From: Chiloscyllium plagiosum
Lineage: Eukaryota
NCBI RefSeq assembly: GCF_004010195.1
Contig: NC_057746.1
Location: forward strand, 15,604,544-15,668,543
Direction: 5' to 3'
Length of the DNA: 64,000 nt
The notes beneath the pieces were generated by a model. It saw only the letters and a list, made by a program, of their open reading frames with translations, did no database searches and was not told the DNA's origin. This document shows, one piece after another, positions 1-12,237 of the stretch (the first letter of the stretch is position 1; the number at the start of each line of letters is the position of its first letter). Position numbers and translations under genes: made by a program.

Positions 1-700
1 CATTCCAGGGAAAAAAGCCCCAACCAATTCAGCCTCCCCATATTTCAAACCTTCAATTCTGGCAACATCCTTGTAAATAGTAGTGAGACCAGAATTGAAG
101 GCTTTATTTTAAAAGTGGCCTCGCCAATGTCCTGCACAACTGCATCATGACCTCCCGACTCCTATACTCAACGCAATGACCAATAAATGCAAGCCTGTCA
201 AAACTTTCTTCACTACTCTGTCTACCCGCAACTCGACGATGCACTACACCCTTGGGTCTCTTTGTTCGGCAACATTCCCAGGGCCCGACTATTAAGCTGA
301 CAAGCTCTGCTCTAATTTGCTTTTGCAAATTGCAAAACTTCACATATATCTAAATTAAATTGCATTGGCGAATTTGCTCATCCGATCAGGGTCCTGATGT
401 ACATGGACATAATTTTCACTGTCCATGACACCAATTTTCGTGCAAACTTTGTAATTATACCTCCTATATTCACAATCAAATCACTTGTATAAATGATGAA
501 AAGCAGTGGATCCTGAACTGATCCTTGTGGCACAACTCTGGTCACAGGCCTCCAGTCTGAAAAGCAATCCTCTACCACTACTGTCTATCTTCTGCCTTCG
601 AGCTAATATTGTATCCAATTTGTTAGCTCCTCTGGATTTCATGTGATCTAATCTTGCTAACCGTCTACTGTGCGGAACTTTGTCGAACAGCTTGCTGAAG
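1..700 (-). mobile_element. CR1-clade LINE ORF2 (RT) fragment, degenerate
   Basis: Minus-strand ORFs give broken CR1 RT motifs (FSKLFDKVPH, WRPVTRVVPQGSV, PLLFIIY, ITKFA) with stops and frameshifts. Confidence 0.85.
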
Positions 701-814
701 TTATGGTAGGTAGGCATAGATATAGTGTTATTTTTATTCGACTGGAAATTGAGAACCACCTTCACCAAAATTTGGGGATTTGGGCTCCAATCCCAACATG
801 GCAGATGGTGCAAT

Positions 815-1370
815 GTGAACAAAAGAACAAAAGAGGAGTACGGCACAGAAACAGGTCCTTCGGCCCTCCATGTCTGTGCTGATCACCATGCCCTAACTAA
901 ACTAAAAAAGCAAATCTTCTACCTTTATATGGCTTGTGTCCCTCTATTCCCCATTTATGTAACCATCCAGATCCTTCTTAAATGTTGCCAACGTGCCTAC
1001 TTCCACCATCCCTTCTGGGAGCGTGTTCCAGGCTCCTACCATTCTCCGCATGAAAAACTTCCCTCGCATATCTCCCTTAAACTTTCCCTCTCTCACCTTG
1101 AACCTGTACCTCCTTGTAATTGAAACTTAAACTCTGGAAAAAAACCTCTGCCAACTACCTTATCTATGCCTTTCATAACTTTGTAGACCTCTATCAGCTC
1201 TCTTCAGCCACCGTCTTTCCAGTGAAAACAATCATAGTCTTTTTAACTTTTCCTCATAGCCAATGTCCACGAGACTATGTAATATCCTGGTGAACCTTCT
1301 CTGCCTCTCTCCAAAGCTTCCATGCCTTTCTAGAAGTGTGGCAACCAAATCTGCACACAATTATCTGATA
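815..1370 (-). mobile_element. CR1 LINE 3' end fragment
   Basis: CR1 3' UTR and ORF2 end with short-repeat tail (gaacaaaa) at about 817-832. Confidence 0.75.
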
Positions 1371-1791
1371 AAAATCTGCAGTTGAAACAGTGGCCCTAAT
1401 GGTGACTGTGAATGATAGAATGATACTTCTCACCTTGTGCAAAAGAATAGAATGAGGGGTCATACCTTTAAAAATATGGGCCTTCCATTTAAGATGGGAA
1501 TGATAAGAAATGTTTATCTCTGAGAGAGGTATGAATCTTCGGAAAGCTCTTTGCTAGAGAAGAGGGCAGTACAGTGGCTCAGTGGTTAACACTGCTGCCT
1601 CACAATGCCAGGGACATATGTCGGGTGATTGTCCATGTAGAGCGTGCACATTCTCTAACTCTGTCCTCTTGTTCCGTCTGCCCGTTTTTGTTTCTCCCCA
1701 TCACTACTGGCTCTGCACTGCAGCTATGAAATGCACTGTTGAATTTCCCCCGTGAATGACACTCTGTCTCGCAGTTAACATGCACCTTTAG

Positions 1792-2110
1792 GGGTGACAT
1801 GGTGGTTCAGTGGTTAGCACTGCTGCCTCACTGCACCAGGGACTGTGTTTGATTCCAGCCTCGGGCGACTGTCAGTGTGGACTTTACACATTCTCCCTGT
1901 GTCTGTGTGGGTTTCCATGGGGTGCTCCAGTTTCCTCCCACAGTTCAAAGATGAGCAGGGTAGATGGATTGGCCCTGCTAAATTGTGCATAATTTTCAGG
2001 AATGTTAGGTTAGGTGGGCTAGCCATGGCTGATAGAGACAGGAATGCTCCTTGGAGGGTCAGTGCAGACTCAATAAGCTGAATGGTCTCTATCTGAACTG
2101 TGGGAATTAT
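1792..2110 (+). mobile_element. HE1-like V-SINE, diverged copy
   Basis: tRNA-like head (gtggttcagtggttagcactgctgcctcac) followed by the V-domain core. Confidence 0.8.
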
Positions 2111-2724
2111 ACGTTGGAATGGGGTGATTAAAAAATTTCAAGGTAAGGGTAGTTAGATCATTGACTATCAAAAGAATCAAACATTATTTGGGAAATGTGG
2201 TGGTGAGGCTAAAAGCAGATCAGACGTGCTCTTATTGAATGGAAGTGCTGGTAAAAGTGGATGAATACTCTGCTTATTTACATGTTCGCAAGAAAAGATT
2301 CTGAGCGAAGGAGAGATTCCAACCATCACCATTATTAATCAGCATTAATCACTGTTATTAAGTGTTACCAGAGATTCCTATATTTACCAAAGATTCTCTC
2401 GCTTTTGTTTTGTTTTCACTTCACAAACATTTGCAGGCTTCATTCTCATTGTGAACCATGTGATAATTTGCTGGCACATAGTCCCAGCTCAGGGAGTGTC
2501 TGTCTCAGGAGCTTCACTATGAACTGCAAAAGATGTAAAGACTTCACACAGACATTAGCAGAGTGCCGTGAATTATTCGTGGCTTTGTGAAGGTTAATTC
2601 CTGCTGATCATCCATTGGCATGATTCGGATTGTTTCTTTTCCCGTGCGTGAATGTGGAAGATCCCAAGATTAGGTTCCCCGTAAGAGGATAAACCTGCAC
2701 CAAAACTAATATTTCAATATTTGT

Positions 2725-3024
2725 GGGCGGCACGGTGGCACAGTGGTTAGCACTGCTGCCTCACAGCGCCTGAGACCCGGGGTTCTATCCCGCCTCAGGC
2801 GACTGACTGTGTGGAGTTTGCACGTTCTCCCCGTGTCTGCATGGGTTTCCTCCCACCGTCCAAAGATGTGCAGGTCAGGTGAATTGGCCATGCTAAATTG
2901 CCCGTAGTGTTAGGTAAGGGGTAAATGTCGGGGTATGGGTGAGTTGCGCTTCGGCGGGGCGGTGTGGACTTGTTGGGCCGAAGGGACTGTTTCCACACTG
3001 TAATGTAATCTAATCTAATCTAAT
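2725..3024 (+). mobile_element. HE1-like V-SINE, young copy
   Basis: Head gggcggcacggtggcacagtggttagc, V-domain and (taatc)n tail; near-identical to copies at 24651, 32147 and 51739. Confidence 0.92.
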
Positions 3025-3930
3025 ATTGGCAAGGGCTGAAGGCATAGCCCTCAGTCCCCATCACAAATGCAATTCCCTAATCGCTGACTCCTTCCTCTCA
3101 GACTTGATGGGAGAGTTCACAATCTTGAAATTCTTTCTATGCTTCCAATCGCATATTGTCTCCTTGACAAAGACTGCTTACTTCCACTGCTGTATCATGG
3201 TCTGACTCCACCACGATCTCAGCTCATCGACTGAAACCTTTATTCCTGTCTTTGTTACCTTCACCTTTGACTATTCCCATTCTCTGTGGTCCACTTCCCA
3301 CCTTCCCTCAGTTTGAACGCCTTCCAAATTTCGCTGCCATGTTAAAACCCGCACAGCACCCTACTCTCCCATCACCTCCCCACTCTCACAGACCTGCACT
3401 GGCTGCCAGTCAAGCTCCCCCATCATCTCTGAAGAAGGGTTACACCCGAATGGTGATTTCTCCAACTCCTGATATTGCCTGGCTTGCTGTGTTCTTCCAG
3501 CTCTTGCTTATCTACTCTCATCAACTTTGGCATCTTCACGCAAGGTGAAATATTGCAGATGCAGGAAATCTGAAACAAAATTGCTTGCATGTTTGTGCTG
3601 GACTGGCTGTGCTGCTCAAATAAAGCACAACACAAGGCTGAGGAATGTCATCTCATTTTCTGTGCAGGCGCTTTACAGCTTCAACTTCTTCATATTGAGT
3701 TCAAGTTCTTCAGAAGCTGACCGTCATTATGTAGGAGAGACTAGGACCCGAGAGCACAGCCTCAGAGTGAAGGGACAACCCTTTAGAACTGAGATGAGGT
3801 GGAATTTCTTCAGCCAGAGGGTGGTGAATCTGGGAAACTCATTGCCACAGAAGGCCGTGGAGGCCAAGTCATTGAGTGTATTTAAGACGGAGCTAACAAC
3901 ACTCTCACTCCAATTTAACATGCAGTTTTA

Positions 3931-4200
3931 GCAGTGGTACGGTGGCTCAGTGGTTAGCATTGTTACCTCACAGCACTAAGGACCAGGGTTCAATTCCATT
4001 CTCAGATGACTGTCTGTGCGGAGTTTGCGCATTCTGTCTATGTCTGTGTGGTTTTTCTCTGGGTGCTCTGGCTTCCTCCACAATTCGAAGATGTGGATTG
4101 GCTATGGGAAATGTAGGGTAAGAGTGTGGTTCTGGGTGGAATGCTCTTTGGAGGATTGGTATTGGCCAAATGGCCTGTTTCCAAACTGTAGGGATTCTAC
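3931..4200 (+). mobile_element. HE1-like V-SINE, diverged copy
   Basis: Same head, core and tail as other HE1 copies, with many substitutions. Confidence 0.75.
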
Positions 4201-5374
4201 GATTCCTTTAAGTTTAAATGTTTGACCAAGTCCTTAAAACTAAATGTGGTTCCATCTCAGATGATAGTTAACTTTCCACTGAAGCACCTTGGGATGCTTT
4301 ACTGCACTAAAAGTGCTACATAAATGCAGATAAAACACAACAAAGCACTCCGATAGCTTGAAATCTAAAACAAAACCAGGAATTGCTGGAGAAACTCGGT
4401 TGGTCTGGCAGCATGAAGATAAAACATTTTGAATGGTTTTTTAGAACCATCAACAATCCTTTTGTCTGCCTAACCTTTTTGCTGTCTTTCTCTGGGATCC
4501 ATTTCAATGTGTCTCCACTCATGACTTTCTCTATCCCCATCCCATGTTATCAGCATAAATACCACCTTTTCCTAGCTGCTCCCAGTTCTGAGGAATGGTC
4601 ACTGGTCTCGAAACATTACCCTTTAACTCGAAACATTTAAGGGGAGGGAGATGATGGCATAGTATTGTTGCTGGACTGTTAATCTGGAGATCCAGATAAT
4701 ATTCTGGGGACCCAGGTTCAAATCTCACCACGCAAGATGGTGGAATTTGAATTCAATAAAAATCTAGAGATAAGAATCTAATGATCACCATGAAACAATT
4801 GTCACGGAAAGCACCTCTGGCTCACTAATATCATTTAAGGAAGGAAACTGCCACTCTTACCTCATCTGGTCTACATGTGACTCTGGACCCAAAGCAACAC
4901 CATTATCATAGTTCCTGTACAATGTGGGAGCAGGCCATTTGGCCCATCAAGTCCATACCAACCCTCCTACACAGACCCACCCTCATACCCCTGCATTTCC
5001 TATAGCCAACCCACCTAGCCTGCGCATCTCTGAACACTATGGTCAATTTAGCAGCCAATCTATCTAACCTGCACATCTTTGCACTGTGGGATGATACTGG
5101 AGCATCAGCAGAAACCCATGCAGACATCGGGATGGGACCATTTGCCACAGCAGATTCGCCACCGCCGATTAGCCACTGCCCTTTGACCACCGAGCATATC
5201 TAAACCATATAAAATTGTCGTTATATTGGTTAAGGTAGTGTTTGTGTTGTTTCAGTAACAACTTATTTTCGTTACAGGAGAGTTTTTTTCAGCTTGTTTT
5301 TTTTTCCCCATTTACCCTTAAGTCTTGAAAATGGGAACAGAAATTATTAGGAAACGTGGAAATAATAAGTTTTA

Positions 5375-5707
5375 CCACCTTTGCTTCCCCATAATATGTG
5401 GTCAGTCTATGAGACAACAATAAACGATGAAGACCGTTGAAATAATCACGCTGAAGCCGCTCATCGGAGATTTGCTTTTGAACTCGGAGCTCACCACCCA
5501 ACCATATGGAAATTTATTGGAATGTTAATGAAAGTACAAAACGGGCGAGATTTAAATATGGAATAGCTGATAGCGGGTTACCCACTACAAATAAAGATCA
5601 ACAAAAATCGAGAGGCAGACGATAGGATAAAAAAAAGTCTTGAAAATGGTGAAAGAGATTGTTTGGAATATCTTAGAGGAATAGCGCATAACTATCAAAT
5701 GAACTAA
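5375..5707 (+). pseudogene. MULE transposase C-terminal relic with 2 in-frame stops
   Basis: Hand translation: PPLLPHNMWSVYETTINDEDR*NNHAEAAHRRFAFELGAHHPTIWKFIGMLMKVQNGRDLNME*LIAG...DDRIKKSLENGERDCLEYLRGIAHNYQMN*. The W-S-V-Y...R(T)NNxxE-xxH, HPTIWKFI and EYLRGIAHN motifs are MULE-type. Stops at 5438 and 5564. Confidence 0.8.
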
Positions 5708-5830
5708 AAAAATTCATTGTTTAATATTAATGTGAGATTGTACTGCCATCATAAAGATTTTCAAAATATATTTCCTTTTTCTGGTTAAAGTTTGTAACTC
5801 ATTTTTATATATAACCAATAAAATGATATT

Positions 5831-6702
5831 TACAGAGTTACACAGATGGACAGCATGAAACAGACCCTTCGGTCCAACTCGTCCATACCGACCAGACATC
5901 CGAAACTATTTGCCAGGACTTGGCCCATATCACTCTGAACCCTTCCTATTTACAGAAGAACATCGATTATTCGAACTTCGGATTATCCGGACAAGATTGC
6001 AAGGTCTCAATGCTTGACTAAACTCTGTTATCCAGCATTCGAATATCTGAACATTTGATTATCTGAACAAAATACTCCCCACCTGTGTCAACCAGGTAAT
6101 CGAGGTTCCTCTGTATGCCTTTTAAATGCTGTGATTGTATCAGTTTCCACCATTTCCTCTGGCAGCTCATTTCATACACGCACCACTCTCTGTGTGAAAA
6201 AGTTGCCCTTTATGGCCCTTTTATATCTTTCCCTCTCAACCTAAACCTATGCCATCTAGTTCTGGACTTCCCCACCCCAGGGAAAAGACCTTGTCTATTT
6301 ATCATATCCTTGCCCCTCATGATCTTATAAACATCAAAAACGGTTACCCCTCAGCCTCCGATGCTCCAGGGAAAACAGCCCCTGCATATTCAACCTCTCC
6401 CTGTAGCTCAAAAACTCCAACCCTGGCAACATCCTTGTAAATCCTTTCTGAACCCTTGCAAGTTTCACAACATCCTTTTGATAGGAAGAAAACCAGAACT
6501 GCACACAGTATTCCAAAAGTGGCCTAACCTGCAAATGTCCTGCAAAGGTGCAACATGACCTCCCAACTTCTGTACTCAATACTCTGACCAATAAAGGAAA
6601 GCATACCAAATGCCTTCTTCACTATCTTATCTACCTGTGGCTTTCAAGGAAACATGAATCTTTGCTCCAAGGTCTCTTTGTTCAGCAACACTCCCCACGA
6701 CC
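5831..6702 (-). mobile_element. CR1 3' fragment nested in the MULE
   Basis: ORF 6334-6609 gives VRPLLEYCVQFW...FTRMLPGLEFLSYRERL; CR1 3' UTR near 5831-5950. Confidence 0.85.
5953..6113. mobile_element. pogo/Tigger-like MITE nested in the CR1 3' end
   Basis: TA|cagaagaacatcgatta...taatcgaggttcctctg|TA: about 17-bp TIR and TA TSD. Confidence 0.8.
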
Positions 6703-7147
6703 TAATTATTTTACCTCTTTTTTAAATCAATATGTAGTATGTAGTTGTATAAATAAAGGGGACTGAGAAGTATGAAAGAACAGGTCGGAGGGAAAACAAT
6801 CAGTACATATACATATTTCCGGTGGCGGATAGTCTCCAGAGGTCAAACAACCCCATTGGAGAAACGCTGGTGGAGAACTGGCAGTGGCTAATCATCGGTA
6901 GCGAATCTGCCATCACCATCCCGCAGACATAGGGAGAAGGTACAAACGCCACACAGTCACCAAACCTGGAATTGAACCAGGTCCCTGGGGTTGTGAGGCA
7001 GCACTGCTAACCATTAAGCCACCGTGTCATGTGACGTGGTTGACTCTTAGCTGCCCTCTAGGCAGTTAGGGAGGGGCAATAAATTGCACCCTCATCCTGT
7101 GAATGATTAGAAAAAGTCTTTATTGCTTTCCACAGATGCTACTAGAC

Positions 7148-8750
7148 TTAGAGTTATAGAGTCACAGAGATGTACAGCACGGAAACAGACCCTTTGGTCC
7201 AACCCGTCCATGCCGACCAGATATCCCAACCCAATCTAGTCCCACCTGCCAGTATGCGGCCCATATCCCTCCAAACCCTTCCTATTCATATACCCATCCA
7301 GATGCCTTTTAAATGTTGCAGTTGTACTAGCCTCCACCACTTCCTCTGTCAGCTCATTCCATACACGTACCTCCCTCTGAGTGAAAGCATTGCCCCTTAG
7401 GTTTTTTTTATATCTTTCCTCTCTCACCCTAAACCTATGCCCTCTAGTTCTAGACTCCCCCACTTTGTCTATTTATCCTATCTATGCCCCTCATGATTTA
7501 TAAACCTCTAATAAGGTCACCCCTCAGCCCCCAATGTTCCAGGGAAAACAGCCCTAGCCTATTCAACCTCTCCCTGTAGCTCAAACATCCTTGTAAATCT
7601 TTTCTGAACTCTTTCAAGTTTCACAACATCCTTCTGATGGGAAGGAGACCAGAATTGCACAAAATATTCCAACAGAGGCCTAGCCAATGTTCTGTACAAC
7701 TGCATTTCCTCCTCTGTAATATGGACATTTTTTCAAGATGTCACCACCTATTTTCCTATATTCAATATCTTCCACGTCCTTTTCCACAGTAAATACTGAT
7801 GCAAAATACTCATTTGGTATCTGCCACATCTCCTGCAGCTCCACATAAAGGCTGCCTTGCTGATCTTTGAGGGCCCTATTCTCTCCCTAGTTACCCTTTT
7901 GTCCTTAATGTATTTGTAAAAGCCCTTTGGACTCTCCTTTACTCTATTTGCCAAAGTTATCACATGTCCCCTTTATGCCCTCATGATTTCTCTCTTAAGT
8001 ATACTCCTACTGCCTTTATACTCTTCTAAGGATTCACTCGGTCTATCCGATCTATACCTGACATATGCTTCCTTCTTTTTCTTAACCAAAACCTCAATTT
8101 CTTTAGTCATCCAGCATTCCCTACACTTACCAGCCTTTCCTTTCACCCTGGAAAAAGTGAGGACTGCAGATGTTGGGGTACCAGAGTTGAAAAATGTGGT
8201 GCTGGAAAAACACAGCAGGCCAGGCAGCATCTGAGGAGCAGGAGAATCCACGTTTCAGGCATAAGCCCTTCTTCTGCCCAAAACATCAATTCTCTTGATG
8301 CTCATTATCTCATTTCTGAATACTTCCCATTTTCTGTCTGTCCCTTTACCTGCAAACATCTGCCCCCAATCAGCTTTTGAAAGTTCTTGCCTAATACTTG
8401 CCCAGTATATAGATGTGCCTACTTGAGAAGGTGCAAAACTTGACCTACTCTTGGAAAATAAGGTAGGGCAGGTGACTGAGGTGTCAGTGGGGGAGCACTT
8501 TGGGGTCAATAACTATAATTCTATCAGTTTTAAATTAGTGACAGAAAAGGATAGACCAGATCTAAAAGTTGAAGTTCTAAATTAGAGGAAGGCCAATTTT
8601 CATGGTATTAGACAAGAACTTTCAAAAGCTGATTGGGTGCAGATGTTCGCAGGTAAAGGGATGGCAGGAAAATGGGAAGTCTTCAGAAATGAGATAACGA
8701 GAGTCCAGAGAAAGTATATTCCTGGTAAGTATAGAGAATGCTGGATGACT
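7148..8750 (-). mobile_element. Rearranged CR1 (3' end joined to internal ORF2, with an inverted segment at about 8400-8750)
   Basis: ORFs GESRTRGHRFRVR...WNELTEEVVEA and VKESPKGFYKYIKDKR, followed by a plus-strand inverted copy of the adjacent region. Confidence 0.8.
8151..8276 (-). mobile_element. Short Penelope-like 3' remnant with degenerate hammerhead motif
   Basis: Matches the copies at about 17610-17742 and 61007-61140. Confidence 0.7.
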
Positions 8751-9529
8751 GGCTGTGTTTCCCTAGCAATTTCAGCTTTTTGACATTTCTGTTATACTCT
8801 TGCTGTGGCACCAGTACGTATTTTCCTAATTCTTTGATGCGTAACACAAAAGTATAATGTGATTACAAATGAAGAATTATTGTGAGAGAGTGCAGTTGTT
8901 CACTAACAATGATACGAATTTATTCCAAACATTTCAGGAATACTGGATATGGAGACTACATGTCGAGGTAGGCTCTGTGTGGCTCTGCGCTGGATATTAC
9001 TGAGAATGTCAATATTATCAATGCACTGACTATAAATTTGGCAGATTGTGTTAATAGCAATAAAGTTATCAATACAGAGAATGTCTTTCCATTTAACAGC
9101 AGTGGAATATTACACATTATTACTGGAAATAGCCACGGTTGTTTTTCAGTCAATATTCAAGCTAAGTGATCAAGTCCTATCATTCATAGAAATTACCTTA
9201 TTCAGACTGAGATGTTAAATTATGAATAAGATTAGAGGTGTGCTTCCACCAATTTAATAAAAACATTTAATTATTGACACTCCTTGCCAGTTTCCAGAAT
9301 TCCATGAGAAATATTCAACTAACATTTACCCACATTCCAAGCAATTATTCCCAATTGTTGTTTATTTCAGATGCTATTTTATAATGATTATCAGAAACCA
9401 TGCAATGCTTCACATTACAAGTTTAAACTCAGATATTTGCAATGGCTTTATGTCAGTATTTAGATGATTTTCAAGACATTGAAAAGAATGATAAGATTTT
9501 AGTTGAAAAAGTGACCTCTGATTGATAGA

Positions 9530-10075
9530 ACAGAGAGGCTGACTGAAAATCAACGACAAGAAAGGGAGAGAGAAAAAAGGAAAAAGAGGCAGAGACAGAC
9601 AGATACGAGATGATACAAAGATACAGAGGTGACAGAGGCAGAGAGACAGATTTGCAGACAGAAGCAGACACTCAGATAGAGAGACAATATACAGAGACAC
9701 AGACAAACGGGCAAAGAGATGATAGAAACCAGAGGGAGATAGACTCAGGAACATGACTGCAGGCAGACAGACAAATGGATAAACACAGAGACAGACAGAC
9801 ACATGGGCAAACACACACAGACAGTCACATGGACAAAGAAACAGAGAGACAGACACATGAACAAACACACAGACAGAGAGATAGACTCATGGAGAGACAC
9901 TGATAGAGACAGGCACAGACACATGGCCAAGCACAGATAGACAGACACACAAGAAATCAATACATTGACAAACCGATGCACAAAAAAAACAGATACATGG
10001 ACAGGCACACAGACAGAAAGACAGACATGTGGACAAACTGATACACAGTGAAACAATATCTAGACAGACACAGGG
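9530..10075. repeat. AG/AC-rich low-complexity microsatellite
   Basis: Degenerate (gacaca/gacaga)n tract. Confidence 0.85.
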
Positions 10076-12237
10076 AAGAAGTGCCGGATGCAGGTACAGT
10101 CACAATGTTTAAAAGACCTTTGGATAAGTACACGAATAGGAAAGTTTGGAAGAGTGTAGGCCAAACACAGGCCAGTGGAACTCGTTTAGTTTGGGAATAC
10201 AGTCGACGTGGACTAGTGGGACCGAAGGGTCTGGTTCCATTCTGTGTGATTCCATGACTCTATGAGTAGCAGACAGAAATTGAGTATGGGTGAGGCAAGG
10301 GGGTGACCGGTGGGTGAGTGGGTACCGGTGATGGGTAAGTGGTTGAGAAGGTAGGTCAGGTGTCAGTTATGGGGGGTGGGTGTATGAGAGTGAGGCAATG
10401 GGGTAGGCACAATATCAGTTTTATTCCTCTAATCTGAGCAATTCCTGTGGGAAGATGGTTTTCCAAACAAATATTCAGGGATTTCAATATTTGCAATCTA
10501 ACCGTGTAATTCTGCTTCAACATCCTAGATTTCTGTTTGAAGGCACAGTCCCTGTGACCTTCAGTAACATTAAAATCGAACCTGATGACATGGAGGTGAG
10601 AGATGATTATTTTGGAAAGCTTGTTTGCAAACTTTGCTCGAGGATGAAACATGTGTGTGTGTGAAAGGAAACAGCTTCTGATCAAGGTAACCTTGCCACT
10701 TTACAAAGTCAAGTCCATGCCAGCCTCTGAAATTGTTTTGTTTGGTGAGAGAACTCCACATCTCACAGGCAACAGTGCCATCTACTGAGCAATTGCTGTA
10801 ACCTCAGGTAATGCACCCTCTGGAGTACCATCTGATACTGAAGGTGAATCTGTCCACTCTGTCTTTACCTACTTAACATATTTCTCAGTCAATTCACAAA
10901 GTCTATCGATTTTCATCAACAACAGAGTTTAATTGAACACAGACAAAAAAACAACTTTTGTAAATATAGAAAACAGGTTGAATTATCTTAAAACACACAG
11001 AAAGGCAAAGCCTTGAATCTGAAGTGGCCAAATGTCATTTTCATCAAATTTCATGAGGGGTTCCTCTCACGAGTGCTAGCAAGCTTTTTCCAAGATCATC
11101 CAAAACTCACTTCATTTGCAAGGAAGTGTACTCCTCTCATTCAATGCAAGCCCCATTCTCCCACTTGCTTCAACAGAAACACTCGCTCCTGCTGGGACAC
11201 CCTGGGATTTCCTGCACCAATGCCATGTTTGAAAGGCTATTATGCATCCAGTATAATGCTGCCAATCCAGAATTACCCTGCCCTGTTTGTGATATTAACC
11301 CCAGGCATGTTACGTGAGGGGAGCGGGGTGGGGTGAGGTAGTTAGTGCCATCATTTGCAATGAAAGGTACTGGTTACTCCAGAGTGTAACATTATAGATC
11401 AGAATGACACTGTAAGTGGATAGGAGATGTACCATGATGATGAAGTGAGCTTGGTACCTGGCAGATGCCAGTATGACATGTGATGGATGCAGTCAATATC
11501 GATGGAATGTGCCCAGATATGCTGACACCTGGCATCCGAGACAGAATTCCAAAGGATCAATTTGGAATTGTCAGGTCCCTGGTATGACTTTTATTTTGGG
11601 AATGCTATCAAGTCAGCAGTTGAATGGGAGAATGTATATTAATGAAGTAAGATTATGTACTAATGAAGGGGATGATGAAGTCTAATTTTAATAGCCCCCT
11701 CCCTTACCTTAACATCCAACTGTAAAATGCAGCCTTTTTGGTCTCAACATCAAGAAGGTCCTTCCTGGAAATCTCACCTGATCTTCCTGAATTTCTTGCC
11801 ACAGCCCAAGTGATCCATGGGCTGGGAAAACTTTGCCAGCTGTTCCTACCTGTCTCCTGGTGTTATTCATCACTGGACTTACAACCAAGGAAATTACAAA
11901 CCTGTCTTAAGATTCAAATTAACTGATACCCTGTGGTACATTTGCTGTGGACTGTGGAGACAGTTTGATGAGTTCTGTTCAAGATAATCACATTAATATT
12001 TCATACGTCTGACAGCCTTGACTTTCTTAAATCTAACAAACTGTACATTTCTAAGCACTTGGGCACTTTAAAAAAAAATCCTCATTCTGCAACTTCCCCA
12101 GGCTTTTTCAATGTTTTCTATAACTGTAGCATCCTCCAACCCTACGCCCTTCCCTATCTCTGAAACCACAAGGAGCCCAACATCCCTCCCTATCTCAGGT
12201 ATCTTCTCCAACCCAGTACACTTCCCAGTCAGTGCAC

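Larger units (their letters stand above)
5129..6922 (+). mobile_element. Mutator-like (MULE) DNA transposon, internally deleted
   Basis: Termini gggatgg...ccatccc. Inverted subterminal blocks gcagattcgccaccgccgattagccactgcc and ggcagtggctaatcatcggtagcgaatctgc. 9-bp TSD gcagacatc (5120-5128) / gcagacata (6923-6931). Transposase relic inside. Confidence 0.85.
4905..7030 (-). mobile_element. HE1-like SINE split by the MULE insertion (4905-5128 and 6923-7030)
   Basis: The V-domain gaaacccatgcagacat|agggagaaggtacaaac is interrupted exactly at the duplicated gcagacat. Confidence 0.85.
4640..7115 (+). mobile_element. Second tRNA-derived SINE family, split into 4640-4900 and 7030-7115 by nested insertions
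   Basis: The two halves continue each other and match the copy split across 50935-51050 and 52590-52805 (tacatgtgactc...ggcaataaa...gaatga). Confidence 0.7.

Noticed and set aside
2437-2680. Possible plus-strand exon with good acceptor and donor
   Set aside because: Stops in all three frames and no recognisable homology; at most non-coding.
8938-8967. 30-nt micro-exon candidate (ttcag|...|gtaggc) reading NTGYGDYMS, reminiscent of a K+ channel GYGD motif
   Set aside because: No compatible neighbouring exons or TM segments were found; chance is sufficient to explain it.
9410-10056. Cys/Val/Leu-rich ORFs (also 40907-41379)
   Set aside because: Microsatellite translations.
10400-11950. Unique-looking region with several short ORFs, faintly Harbinger-like
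   Set aside because: No convincing motif, TIR or TSD by eye; needs BLASTx.
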